A stretch of 64,000 nt of DNA from Candidatus Shapirobacteria bacterium. GTDB taxonomy: Bacteria > Patescibacteriota > Microgenomatia > UBA12405. A program made the position numbers and the translations under genes. This document shows positions 18,529-26,745 of the stretch, piece by piece (position 1 is the stretch's first letter; each line of letters begins with the position of its first letter). Below the pieces are notes generated by a model. It was not told the DNA's origin. It did not search any database and saw only the letters and a list, made by a program, of their open reading frames with translations. The stretch covers positions 261,867 through 325,866 of the forward strand of contig JBAYIT010000002.1 in assembly GCA_041665485.1 (NCBI GenBank), given 5' to 3'.

Positions 18529-19359
18529 TTATTCTATCTTATTTAGAAAAAAAGCTACTAACACTCCTAAAAACAAAAATGGGCCAAATGGGATGGGTGA
18601 TTTTAGTTTCTTTTTATTAAAGGCCAACATCACCACCCCTACTATCGCTCCGGCAATAAATGCCACATAAAAAGCAATTATCAACCCCCGGCCACCCAAC
18701 AATAAACCCATAAACAAGGCTAACTTTACATCTCCTAGCCCCATTCCTTTGCCCTTAGTTATTAAATGTAACCCGCCCAAAAACGCCACTCCGCCTGCTC
18801 CTGCCAGCAATTTATCAACACTAAAGCCCATCATTAACGCCAAAATTATCAGCGCCACCGTCGCCCCATCCGGCAAAATCATATACTTCAAATCAATTAT
18901 TGTCGCAAACACTATTACTCCAATCATTACTAAGCTTAGCCCCAACAAAAGTAAATTTTGTAAATTTGGTAATTTGGAAATTGTTTGGAAATTGTATATT
19001 TGTAATTTGTAACTTATTAAAAAAAGCATCCCATTACCAAATTCGACTATAGGGTATTGAAGGGGTAGGGGAGTCTGGCAACACCTCGACCTTCCTCCTT
19101 GTATTAACCAAGAAATTACCGGTATATTTTCAAACCATCTCAACTGCCTCCCGCACCCATCACAAAACGACCTCTTGTTCGTCATTGCGATCCGCCGGCT
19201 GGCGGAGAAGCAATCCCGTTGAGATCGCCACGGCCTTCGGCCTCGCGATGACGTTAGTTTATTGTTTATCGCAAAGCGATAGACAGCCATATTCACAAAA
19301 CTCCCCACACACAATCCCAAAATAAAAACAATGAATTGAAAAAAAAGAATCACCACCAA
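18529..19359 (-). CDS. pilD: Prepilin peptidase (A24) with two in-frame insertions
   Basis: GSFVN, RSFCDGC, NIPVISW..GGRSRCC, IIDLK, GMGLGDVKL, IPFGPFL. Confidence 0.95.
   Translation of the reverse strand: MVVILFFQFIVFILGLCVGSFVNMAVYRFAINNKLTSSRGRRPWRSQRDCFSASRRIAMTNKRSFCDGCGRQLRWFENIPVISWLIQGGRSRCCQTPLPLQYPIVEFGNGMLFLISYKLQIYNFQTISKLPNLQNLLLLGLSLVMIGVIVFATIIDLKYMILPDGATVALIILALMMGFSVDKLLAGAGGVAFLGGLHLITKGKGMGLGDVKLALFMGLLLGGRGLIIAFYVAFIAGAIVGVVMLAFNKKKLKSPIPFGPFLFLGVLVAFFLNKIE
19181..19252. repeat. 72-bp palindromic element inserted in-frame in pilD
   Basis: GTCATTGCGA...TCGCGATGAC termini (9/10 inverted match) with internal hairpins TCCGCC/GGCGGA and GGCC/GGCC. Confidence 0.85.
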
Positions 19360-19361
19360 TC

Positions 19362-19607
19362 TTACCGTTTCTTGAAAATTTTATCCATTCCAACCCTTTT
19401 GTCATAATTCTTCATCGCTTCGGCCACTATTTTTTCCAACCTCTCTGTCGCTCTATAAATTTTTCCACTTTTTTCCTCTTTCTTCTCCACCAATAGATAC
19501 CTTATATAACTCGACACCGTCAATCCATTACTTTTAGCTTCCGCCAAAGCAAAATCTCTCAACTCAACCGGCAAATTAAATTTAACTTGAATTTGTTTTG
19601 TAATCAT
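19362..19607 (-). CDS. Ribbon-helix-helix-like DNA-binding protein / orphan antitoxin
   Basis: QVKFNLP..LRD....A...GLTVSSYIRYLL pattern; TATAAT 6 nt before ATG 19607; palindrome AAAAGTACTTTT at 19627-19638. Confidence 0.65.
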   Translation of the reverse strand: MITKQIQVKFNLPVELRDFALAEAKSNGLTVSSYIRYLLVEKKEEKSGKIYRATERLEKIVAEAMKNYDKRVGMDKIFKKR

Positions 19608-19655
19608 AAACCAATTATACACCAATAAAAGTACTTTTTAGTACTTTAATTTATA

Positions 19656-19692
19656 CCCCTTCTTGTCAAAGAAGGGGGAAAGGGGGAAGATT
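19656..19692. repeat. REP-like hairpin with G-rich tail (related copies at 25276-25310 and 26673-26724)
   Basis: CCCCTTCTT-GTCA-AAGAAGGGG followed by AGGGGGAAGATT. Confidence 0.75.
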
Positions 19693-19700
19693 GGACCACC

Positions 19701-19734
19701 AAAAACCCCCCCGACTTACGTCGGGAGGGTTTTT
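19701..19734 (-). terminator. Intrinsic terminator after the major pilin candidate (could act bidirectionally)
   Basis: AAAAACCCTCCCGAC-GTAA-GTCGGGGGGTTTTT on the minus strand. Confidence 0.8.
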
Positions 19735-19754
19735 CATTTCCATCTAAATTCCCC

Positions 19755-20456
19755 CTACGGCACACACTTAAACAACGAAGTCGTTGGATTCGTAAAAGCA
19801 ACCACAGCATTTCCCGTAGTATCAAACATAGTTGAACCGGCATCCAACACAGCGCTTGGTATGCAAAGATTTGGATCAATAGAAGCACCTGTACACCCCG
19901 TAAAAGTAATTTGTTTTAAGTTGTTTGCCCGAGTGCGATTCGATTTCGCTTTGGGAACAAAACAAACATAAATAGAATTATGTCCTAATTGAGCATCGGC
20001 CTTGTACATATATAACAACTTATCAAACGATACTTGACCAGCTCCACCACCAACAACCTTGCCGTAACCTTTTTGTAAAAATGAATTTTTAAGTTCATCA
20101 GAAGAAACCAAAGCCCCCATTTGGTCATACGACGAACACTGAGTAGTGACATCTGCACCAGTAGACCCTTCACCCATTCCACACAATCCAAAACCAATCG
20201 TGTTACTAATCGCACCAAAAGCATCATCCGTCAAAATACTCGGATCAATTACACCCCATGGATAAGAACTATTGTTAGTGTAATACCTCTCATAAGCGTT
20301 CAAAACTTCACCGGCATCGTTGGAAGTATTAGCATCGGTTGCTTTATTCCTCTGCTCGATTGGATTAATGGTTGCCAGAACGCCGACGGACAGAATGGCA
20401 ATCAGCGAAATGACGATCAGAAGTTCGACTAACGTAAAACCTTTTTGGTTGTGCAT
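19755..20456 (-). CDS. Type IV pilin, candidate major pilin
   Basis: KG/FTLVE; directly after pilC and followed by its own terminator. Confidence 0.85.
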   Translation of the reverse strand: MHNQKGFTLVELLIVISLIAILSVGVLATINPIEQRNKATDANTSNDAGEVLNAYERYYTNNSSYPWGVIDPSILTDDAFGAISNTIGFGLCGMGEGSTGADVTTQCSSYDQMGALVSSDELKNSFLQKGYGKVVGGGAGQVSFDKLLYMYKADAQLGHNSIYVCFVPKAKSNRTRANNLKQITFTGCTGASIDPNLCIPSAVLDAGSTMFDTTGNAVVAFTNPTTSLFKCVP

Positions 20457-20504
20457 TTTTTCTTTTTACTTTATAAACTTTTTACTTTATAAACTTTATA
20501 CTAA

Positions 20505-21716
20505 TTAGAACGATGATGTCAAGTTATAGATTGGCATAATCACGGCGATTACCAAAAAAGCCACTCCAATCCCTAGCACTATCATAATCAATGGCTCAAT
20601 CGCCGAAGTCAAAGATTTAACCGACTGGTCTGCCTCCACCGAAAAATAATCAGCCACTTTCATTAAGACCTCATCAAGTTTTCCAGTCGATTCGCCGGTT
20701 TCTACCATCTGGTTAACAATCATTGGAAACACCGCTGTCTCAGCAAACGAATCAGCAATTGAAAAACCTTTCTGGACTCTTTCCGATATCCGCCCATAAG
20801 CCCGGTAGAAAACCTCGTTTCCCGCCACCTTGGCCACAATTTTTAGCGAATCCACCAGTTGCACTCCCGCCGACAACAACATCGACAACGTTCTGACAGT
20901 ATTAGCCACCACTGTAATTTTTACCAAATATCCGGCAATCGGTAACTTCATTAGCAATTCGTCTCGTTTTAACCGAAAATCCGGAATCTTGTCTCCCATT
21001 TTCATTCCCCAAACTAGGCCCAAAACCCCAATTGGTATCAAAAACCAAGTCTTGATCATAAAGTTAGAAAGCGTCATCAATATTACAGTTGCCATCGGCA
21101 ACTTCGAGCCAAAATCGGTGTAAAGGCTCATCAACTTTGGCACCACAAACACCATCATAATAATCGCCACCACCACCATTCCCAAAATTACGATAACCGG
21201 ATAAATCATTGCTCCTTTAACTTTTCCCCGAAATTCGGCATCTTTCTCTAAGTCATCTGCCAGCCTCACCAATACTTTATCGATCACCCCTCCTTCTTCT
21301 CCGGCTTCAATTGAAGCAATATAGGCCTCCCCAAAAACATCCTTATATTTGGCAAAGGCCTGCCCCAACGGCCTCCCTCCCCGAACAGAAGCCAATGAAA
21401 ATTCCATAATCTCCGTCATTTTTGTTCTCTTTGCCGATTGGCTCTTCAAAAGCTGTAATGCCTCCGTTAGTGGCAATCCCGCCGTCATCATCGTCGATAA
21501 TTGCCTTGTCATCATTGCCACCTCCTTCAAACCCACTCTTCCTGTCACCTTCGACATTAACTCTGAAAGAAAACTATCTTTTGACTCGCTTATCGATAGG
21601 GGAATCAGGCCACCACCCCTAATCGACTCCAAAACTTCCGCCTGGCTACCCATCTCAAGCTCTCCTGAAACTTGTTTACCCGTCCAATCTTTTGCTTTAT
21701 ATAAAAACTTTGTCAT
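20505..21716 (-). CDS. pilC: Type IV pilus platform protein PilC (GspF family)
   Basis: RQLSTMMTAGLPL, AGEEGG, AMIYP, GESTGKL, IEP, IMPIY. Confidence 0.96.
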   Translation of the reverse strand: MTKFLYKAKDWTGKQVSGELEMGSQAEVLESIRGGGLIPLSISESKDSFLSELMSKVTGRVGLKEVAMMTRQLSTMMTAGLPLTEALQLLKSQSAKRTKMTEIMEFSLASVRGGRPLGQAFAKYKDVFGEAYIASIEAGEEGGVIDKVLVRLADDLEKDAEFRGKVKGAMIYPVIVILGMVVVAIIMMVFVVPKLMSLYTDFGSKLPMATVILMTLSNFMIKTWFLIPIGVLGLVWGMKMGDKIPDFRLKRDELLMKLPIAGYLVKITVVANTVRTLSMLLSAGVQLVDSLKIVAKVAGNEVFYRAYGRISERVQKGFSIADSFAETAVFPMIVNQMVETGESTGKLDEVLMKVADYFSVEADQSVKSLTSAIEPLIMIVLGIGVAFLVIAVIMPIYNLTSSF

Positions 21717-22785
21717 CTTTTGTTACTTTTCCAATCAGTCGATTTTGTAATTCCGTCGGCCTCAAACAATAACTTTCTGCCACCTCTTGAGTTATTTTAC
21801 CCTTCTTTACCAACATCGCCAAATATGCCTCCAGGCTAATCATCCCCGCATCAGCGCTGGTGGAAATAACATTGTCGATCATAAAAGTTTTCCCTTCCCG
21901 AATTATGTTTTTAATTGCCGGTGTCACTACCATTAATTCCAGCGCCGGTATTCTTCCTCCATCCACTGCCGGCACCAACCGCTGCGAAATCACCGCCGTC
22001 AACGTCTCGGCCAGTTGGACCCGAATCTGGTCCTGCGATCCTTCGGGAAACACATCCACAATTCTGTCAATCGTTTGTGAAGCCGAATTAGTGTGCAAGG
22101 TAGAAAACACCAAATGTCCGGTTTCTGCAATCGTCAGTGCCGAGCCAATTGTTTCTAAATCCCGCATTTCTCCCACAAATACCACATTCGGATCCTGCCG
22201 TAAAACTGATCGCAATGCCGGCCCAAAGCCATTAGTGTCAAAGCCAACTTCCCGCTGGGAAATCAACGCCTTAACTGGCTTAAGTTGATATTCGATTGGA
22301 TCTTCAATCGTCACAATATGAACATTTTTATTGTGGTTAATCGAGTCCAAAAGGCTAGCCACTGTCGTCGACTTGCCGTGCCCCGTCGGTCCGGTTACCA
22401 AAATAAAGCCCTGCTTTCTGTCAATTATATTTAGTAAAATGTCTGGCATATTTAATTCCGACAATGGCGGAACAACTGAGGCCACCACCCTCAAGGCTGC
22501 TGCCACCCGCCCTTGAACCAGAAACACATTAGCCCTAAACCGAGCCTCATCAATTTTTACCGAAAAATCAAGTTCTTTTTTACTTTCAAATTCATCCACT
22601 AAAACTTTGGGGGCCAAACTCAAAATTATTTGTGCCATTTCCGTCTCATTTCCAGCGCTAAAATTGGCAATTTCAATCATCTCACCATTAACTCTCAATT
22701 TTGGTGTCGCCCCCGCCAACAGATGTATATCTGACGCCTTATTGGCCACCGCCATTTTCAAAAGCTCTTCTATTCTTTTATCCAT
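21697..22785 (-). CDS. pilT: Retraction ATPase PilT
   Basis: ASDIHL, GPTGHGKST, TIEDPIE, LRQDP, GEMRD, AETGHLVFSTLH. Confidence 0.95.
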   Translation of the reverse strand: MDKRIEELLKMAVANKASDIHLLAGATPKLRVNGEMIEIANFSAGNETEMAQIILSLAPKVLVDEFESKKELDFSVKIDEARFRANVFLVQGRVAAALRVVASVVPPLSELNMPDILLNIIDRKQGFILVTGPTGHGKSTTVASLLDSINHNKNVHIVTIEDPIEYQLKPVKALISQREVGFDTNGFGPALRSVLRQDPNVVFVGEMRDLETIGSALTIAETGHLVFSTLHTNSASQTIDRIVDVFPEGSQDQIRVQLAETLTAVISQRLVPAVDGGRIPALELMVVTPAIKNIIREGKTFMIDNVISTSADAGMISLEAYLAMLVKKGKITQEVAESYCLRPTELQNRLIGKVTKDDKVFI

Positions 22786-22865
22786 ATGTTAATACTACAA
22801 GAATTTCAATTTAAAATTTGAATTTAAAAATTGATTAAAAATTAAAAATTTAAAATTAAAAATTA

Positions 22866-24608
22866 TTAATATTGCGCTACTCGTAGCACTTCATCCAAAG
22901 TCGTTACTCCCTCCAAAACTTTCACATACCCATCCTGCTTCATCGTCAGCATCCCTTCTTCCATCGCCTGTTTTTGAATTTCCGAAGCCGCTACTTTTTC
23001 CACAATTAATTTACTCAACCTCTCTGTCACCGGCATTACCTCATAAATAGCGATTCTTCCTAGGTATCCAGTATTGTTGCATTTCTCACACCCCACAATT
23101 TTGGGCAACATTAGTTTTTTCCCGTCTTTTTGCCACCTCTCCTCAATCATTTTATAAATTGGCCCCAATGTTGTTTTAAGCTCACTTTCAATCTCCGGCG
23201 GAATCTCTGCTTGAGTCACACAATCGTGGCAAACCTTTCTCAACACCCGCTGGCCCACTACACAATTAAGAGATGACACTAACAAAAATGGCTCCACTCC
23301 CATATCCAAAAGTCTCGGTGGCACCCCCGAAGCATCATTAGTATGTAGAGTAGAGAACACTAAATGCCCGGTCAGTGCCGCATTAATTGCCAATTCTGCT
23401 GTTTCCGTATCCCGAATTTCTCCCACCATGATTACATTTGGATCCTGCCGCAAAAAAGATCGCAGTGCCGAAGCAAAAGTCAACCCTGCCTGAACATTTA
23501 CCTGAACTTGATTGACCCCTTTCATCTGATATTCCACCGGGTCCTCAATTGTCATCACGTTTACCTTCGACGTCGATACAATATCTAGAACCGAATACAA
23601 TGTGGTTGTTTTTCCCGATCCTGTCGGCCCGCAGACAATAATAATTCCGTGCGGCCTTTCAATACTGGTCATTAAATTCTTAAGGGCTAGACCCCTTAAG
23701 CCCAACTCCGGTAGTGTCGGCACTTTTTGCGATTTTTTTAGCAACCGCATTACAATTTTTTCCCCATAAGTTGTCGGCAAAGTTGATACCCGCAAGTCTA
23801 CATCATTACCATCCGAACTAAAGAAAAATCGTCCGTCCTGAGGAACTCTTTTCTCATCAATTTTCAAAGCTGACAGAATTTTAATTCTCGATGCCACCGC
23901 ATCATGAACATTCCGAGGTAATATGTATTTTTCTTGTAAAATACCGTCTATTCTATATCTAATCCGCACATTTTCTTCCTGGGGTTCAATGTGCACATCC
24001 GACGCCCTCGACTTAACTGCATATTCCAAAATCGTCGATACAATTCTGGCCACCGGAGCTTCAGAACTAACCTTTTTGCCTATTTCCACCGCCATTTTTT
24101 CTTCATCTTCTTTTCTCTCATCCAAAGCCCTGGTAACCTCCGACGTGATTCCTTTCTCTCTCTGGTACTTTTCCACCAAAAAGCTATTTACCTGTTTTTC
24201 CACCGCCATTGAAACTTTTACCTTAAATCCCGTTCTTTTTTCCAAAAATTCAATTGTTTCCAAGTCAAGCGGGTTAACCATCGCCACCATCAATGTCTGA
24301 TTTTTGGCATCCAGATCAAAAGGAACAACTCGATATTTTTCCGCCACACTCTCCGGAACCAAAGTAATTGCCTCCGGGGAAAAACCAATTGTTTCCAAGT
24401 CCACAAACGGCACCCGCAAAAACGCTGCCTTTGCCTTGACAAACTCAACCTCATTTACCACCCGCAACGACTTAATTATTTCTTCTTCTGCCTGCCCCGT
24501 TTTCACCACCGACAATCCAATCTCCTCAAACTTCTTCTGGTCAATCATTCCCCATTCAAGAAGCGCTTCCGCTATACTTCGATAGATCTTATTATTGGTA
24601 TCGGCCAT
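22866..24608 (-). CDS. pilB: Assembly ATPase PilB (GspE family)
   Basis: ASDVHIEP, GPTGSGKTT, LRQDP, tetracysteine motif. Confidence 0.96.
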   Translation of the reverse strand: MADTNNKIYRSIAEALLEWGMIDQKKFEEIGLSVVKTGQAEEEIIKSLRVVNEVEFVKAKAAFLRVPFVDLETIGFSPEAITLVPESVAEKYRVVPFDLDAKNQTLMVAMVNPLDLETIEFLEKRTGFKVKVSMAVEKQVNSFLVEKYQREKGITSEVTRALDERKEDEEKMAVEIGKKVSSEAPVARIVSTILEYAVKSRASDVHIEPQEENVRIRYRIDGILQEKYILPRNVHDAVASRIKILSALKIDEKRVPQDGRFFFSSDGNDVDLRVSTLPTTYGEKIVMRLLKKSQKVPTLPELGLRGLALKNLMTSIERPHGIIIVCGPTGSGKTTTLYSVLDIVSTSKVNVMTIEDPVEYQMKGVNQVQVNVQAGLTFASALRSFLRQDPNVIMVGEIRDTETAELAINAALTGHLVFSTLHTNDASGVPPRLLDMGVEPFLLVSSLNCVVGQRVLRKVCHDCVTQAEIPPEIESELKTTLGPIYKMIEERWQKDGKKLMLPKIVGCEKCNNTGYLGRIAIYEVMPVTERLSKLIVEKVAASEIQKQAMEEGMLTMKQDGYVKVLEGVTTLDEVLRVAQY

Positions 24609-25260
24609 GTCTAATAATCATATTACCCCAAATTACATCTTCCCGGCTACTCTAATCGTCGGCCCCAGCCCACAGAGTCTAATTAACGATCTCCTCAAAC
24701 AACTTGGTCATCCCTCCCAAAACTCAAACCCAGACATTCTCACGATTAATGATTCGTCCGGCTGGTCAATTGAAACAATCCGTCAAATAAGGCTGTTTTT
24801 TAGTCAAAAGCCATTTTCCCATTCCACTCGCCTCTGCTTAGTTTTTAACGCGGAAAACCTGGAAAATCCAGCCCAAAACGCGCTTCTTAAAATCCTCGAA
24901 GAGCCCGGGGAGAACAACTACATTATCCTAAATAGCCAAAAACTAGGCAGTCTTCTTCCCACCATTCTTTCCCGTTGTCACGTCATTAATCTCAAATCAG
25001 AAATCACCACTAATTCAGTTACGCCCATTCCTCAAGAATTAAAACAACGCCTACTCTTATCAGACAAACTTGGATTCGATAAAACCACCATCAAATCCTG
25101 GTTAGAATCGGAATTGTCTGCCCTCCAAAAACTTTTAGTCAAACAGCCAACTCCGGAAATTTCTACCAACATTAAAAACATAATCAAGGCTATTGACATG
25201 ATTAACCACAGAGTCGACCCCCGCTCCGCCCTCGACTTCTATCTCTTGTCTTTTAAATAA
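24607..25260 (+). CDS. holB: Short DNA polymerase III delta-prime-like protein
   Basis: IETIR, AQNALLKILEEP, LLPTILSRC motifs; N-terminus abbreviated. Confidence 0.8.
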   Translation: MSNNHITPNYIFPATLIVGPSPQSLINDLLKQLGHPSQNSNPDILTINDSSGWSIETIRQIRLFFSQKPFSHSTRLCLVFNAENLENPAQNALLKILEEPGENNYIILNSQKLGSLLPTILSRCHVINLKSEITTNSVTPIPQELKQRLLLSDKLGFDKTTIKSWLESELSALQKLLVKQPTPEISTNIKNIIKAIDMINHRVDPRSALDFYLLSFK

Positions 25261-25371
25261 AAAACATAAAATTTCCCCCTCCTTGTCAAAGGAGGGGTTA
25301 GGGGAGGATTGGATTCTTATTCCCGCATTATCCCCTCATCGTCAAAACCAAAAGTGCTATAATAACCCAGA

Positions 25372-26499
25372 GTGTTTTCACCCATATTTACCATCAATCA
25401 CCGGATTTTAAAAAACATCGGCTCAACTGAAGCCGCTAAAGCGATTATAGAGGAAGCTCCACTGATTCCTGCCTACGAGAAACAATTCCAGCTCGACGCC
25501 GTTGTCAGAACCGTCCATTATGGCACCAGAATTGAAGGTAACGACCTTACTTTCCAGGAAGTTGCCAAATTAGTCGAAGGTAAAACCATCACCGCCACCG
25601 ACCGTGATATTCAAGAAGTTATCAACTATAGAAGCGTTGTTGCCTACCTTGAAGAACTCTGGTCCCTTTACGACGCTGGTATGCCCCTCCCCGAAGAAAA
25701 ATCGGTACCCACCACTGATTCCCGTCGCCCTTTCTTCTACAGTGAAACAATCATCAAAAGGATCCACTCCCTAACCACTCAAAAAATTATCCCCGAATCA
25801 GAAACCGGCAAATATCGCCACCAACAAGTTGTTTTGAAAAACACTAAAACCGGAGAAATCGCCCACCGCCCGCCACCGGCCCTCGAAGTTCCCTATCTCA
25901 TTGCCGATCTAGTCGCTTGGCTCAACTTTCCCGGAGCCAGAGAAATCCACCCCGTTATTCGCTCAGCTATCTGCCAATACCTCCTGGTTGCTATCCATCC
26001 CTTTATTGAAGGCAATGGTCGCACCAGTCGGGCTTTTGCCATGTTGCCACTTTATTCCGAAGGTTATGACATTAAACGTCTTTTTTCCCTCGAGGAGTAT
26101 TTCGATCGTAATGCTGAAAGTTACTACAATACCATTCAAGCCACCCACGAACTTTCTTCCGACATTTTTAAGCGTGATTTGACTGCCTGGATTGAATACT
26201 TTTCCGAAGCCCTAAGCATTGAGCTCACTCGGGTCAAAGAAAAAGTTCAAAGTCTTTCCCGCGACCTCCGCTTAAAGCAAAAGCTTGGTGGCAAACAAGT
26301 TCCTCTCACTGAAAGACAAATAAAATTAGTCGAATACATGCAACAATTCGGCGGTTTGCGTATGCCCGATGCACAGGAGCTTCTTCCCATGGTCTCCGAC
26401 GACACCATTTGGCGCGACCTGAAAAAACTGGTCGACGACAAAGTGGTTGAGAAAAAAGGCTCCACTAAAGGCGCCTACTACTGCCTCACCTCCGTCTAA
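25372..26499 (+). CDS. Fic family protein with C-terminal winged HTH
   Basis: HPFIEGNGRTSR catalytic motif; TRIEGN inhibitory-like motif. Confidence 0.92.
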   Translation: MFSPIFTINHRILKNIGSTEAAKAIIEEAPLIPAYEKQFQLDAVVRTVHYGTRIEGNDLTFQEVAKLVEGKTITATDRDIQEVINYRSVVAYLEELWSLYDAGMPLPEEKSVPTTDSRRPFFYSETIIKRIHSLTTQKIIPESETGKYRHQQVVLKNTKTGEIAHRPPPALEVPYLIADLVAWLNFPGAREIHPVIRSAICQYLLVAIHPFIEGNGRTSRAFAMLPLYSEGYDIKRLFSLEEYFDRNAESYYNTIQATHELSSDIFKRDLTAWIEYFSEALSIELTRVKEKVQSLSRDLRLKQKLGGKQVPLTERQIKLVEYMQQFGGLRMPDAQELLPMVSDDTIWRDLKKLVDDKVVEKKGSTKGAYYCLTSV

Positions 26500-26641
26500 A
26501 CTTCTTGTGTGGGACTTTTATTCCCAATTCATCAAGCCGATTGTAAATCCTAGTCATTAAATCAATCATATTTTCATCTATTATTCGACCAACCTTTTCC
26601 GAAATACATGCCACCAAAGCCTTAGTTCTCTCCGTGTCCAT
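26486..26641 (-). CDS. Possible 51-aa small protein (absent from ORF track)
   Basis: MDTERTKALVACISEKVGRIIDENMIDLMTRIYNRLDELGIKVPHKKFRRR*; TGnTAAGAT 6 nt upstream of ATG. Confidence 0.45.
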   Translation of the reverse strand: MDTERTKALVACISEKVGRIIDENMIDLMTRIYNRLDELGIKVPHKKFRRR

Positions 26642-26745
26642 ACTAAAATCTTATCATCAAATTATCTTTATTCCCCCTCTTGCCTGCCCGCCTCTGGAGG
26701 GTTAAAGAGGGAATAGGGGAGATTGGTTTAATGTAAAATAGTCTC

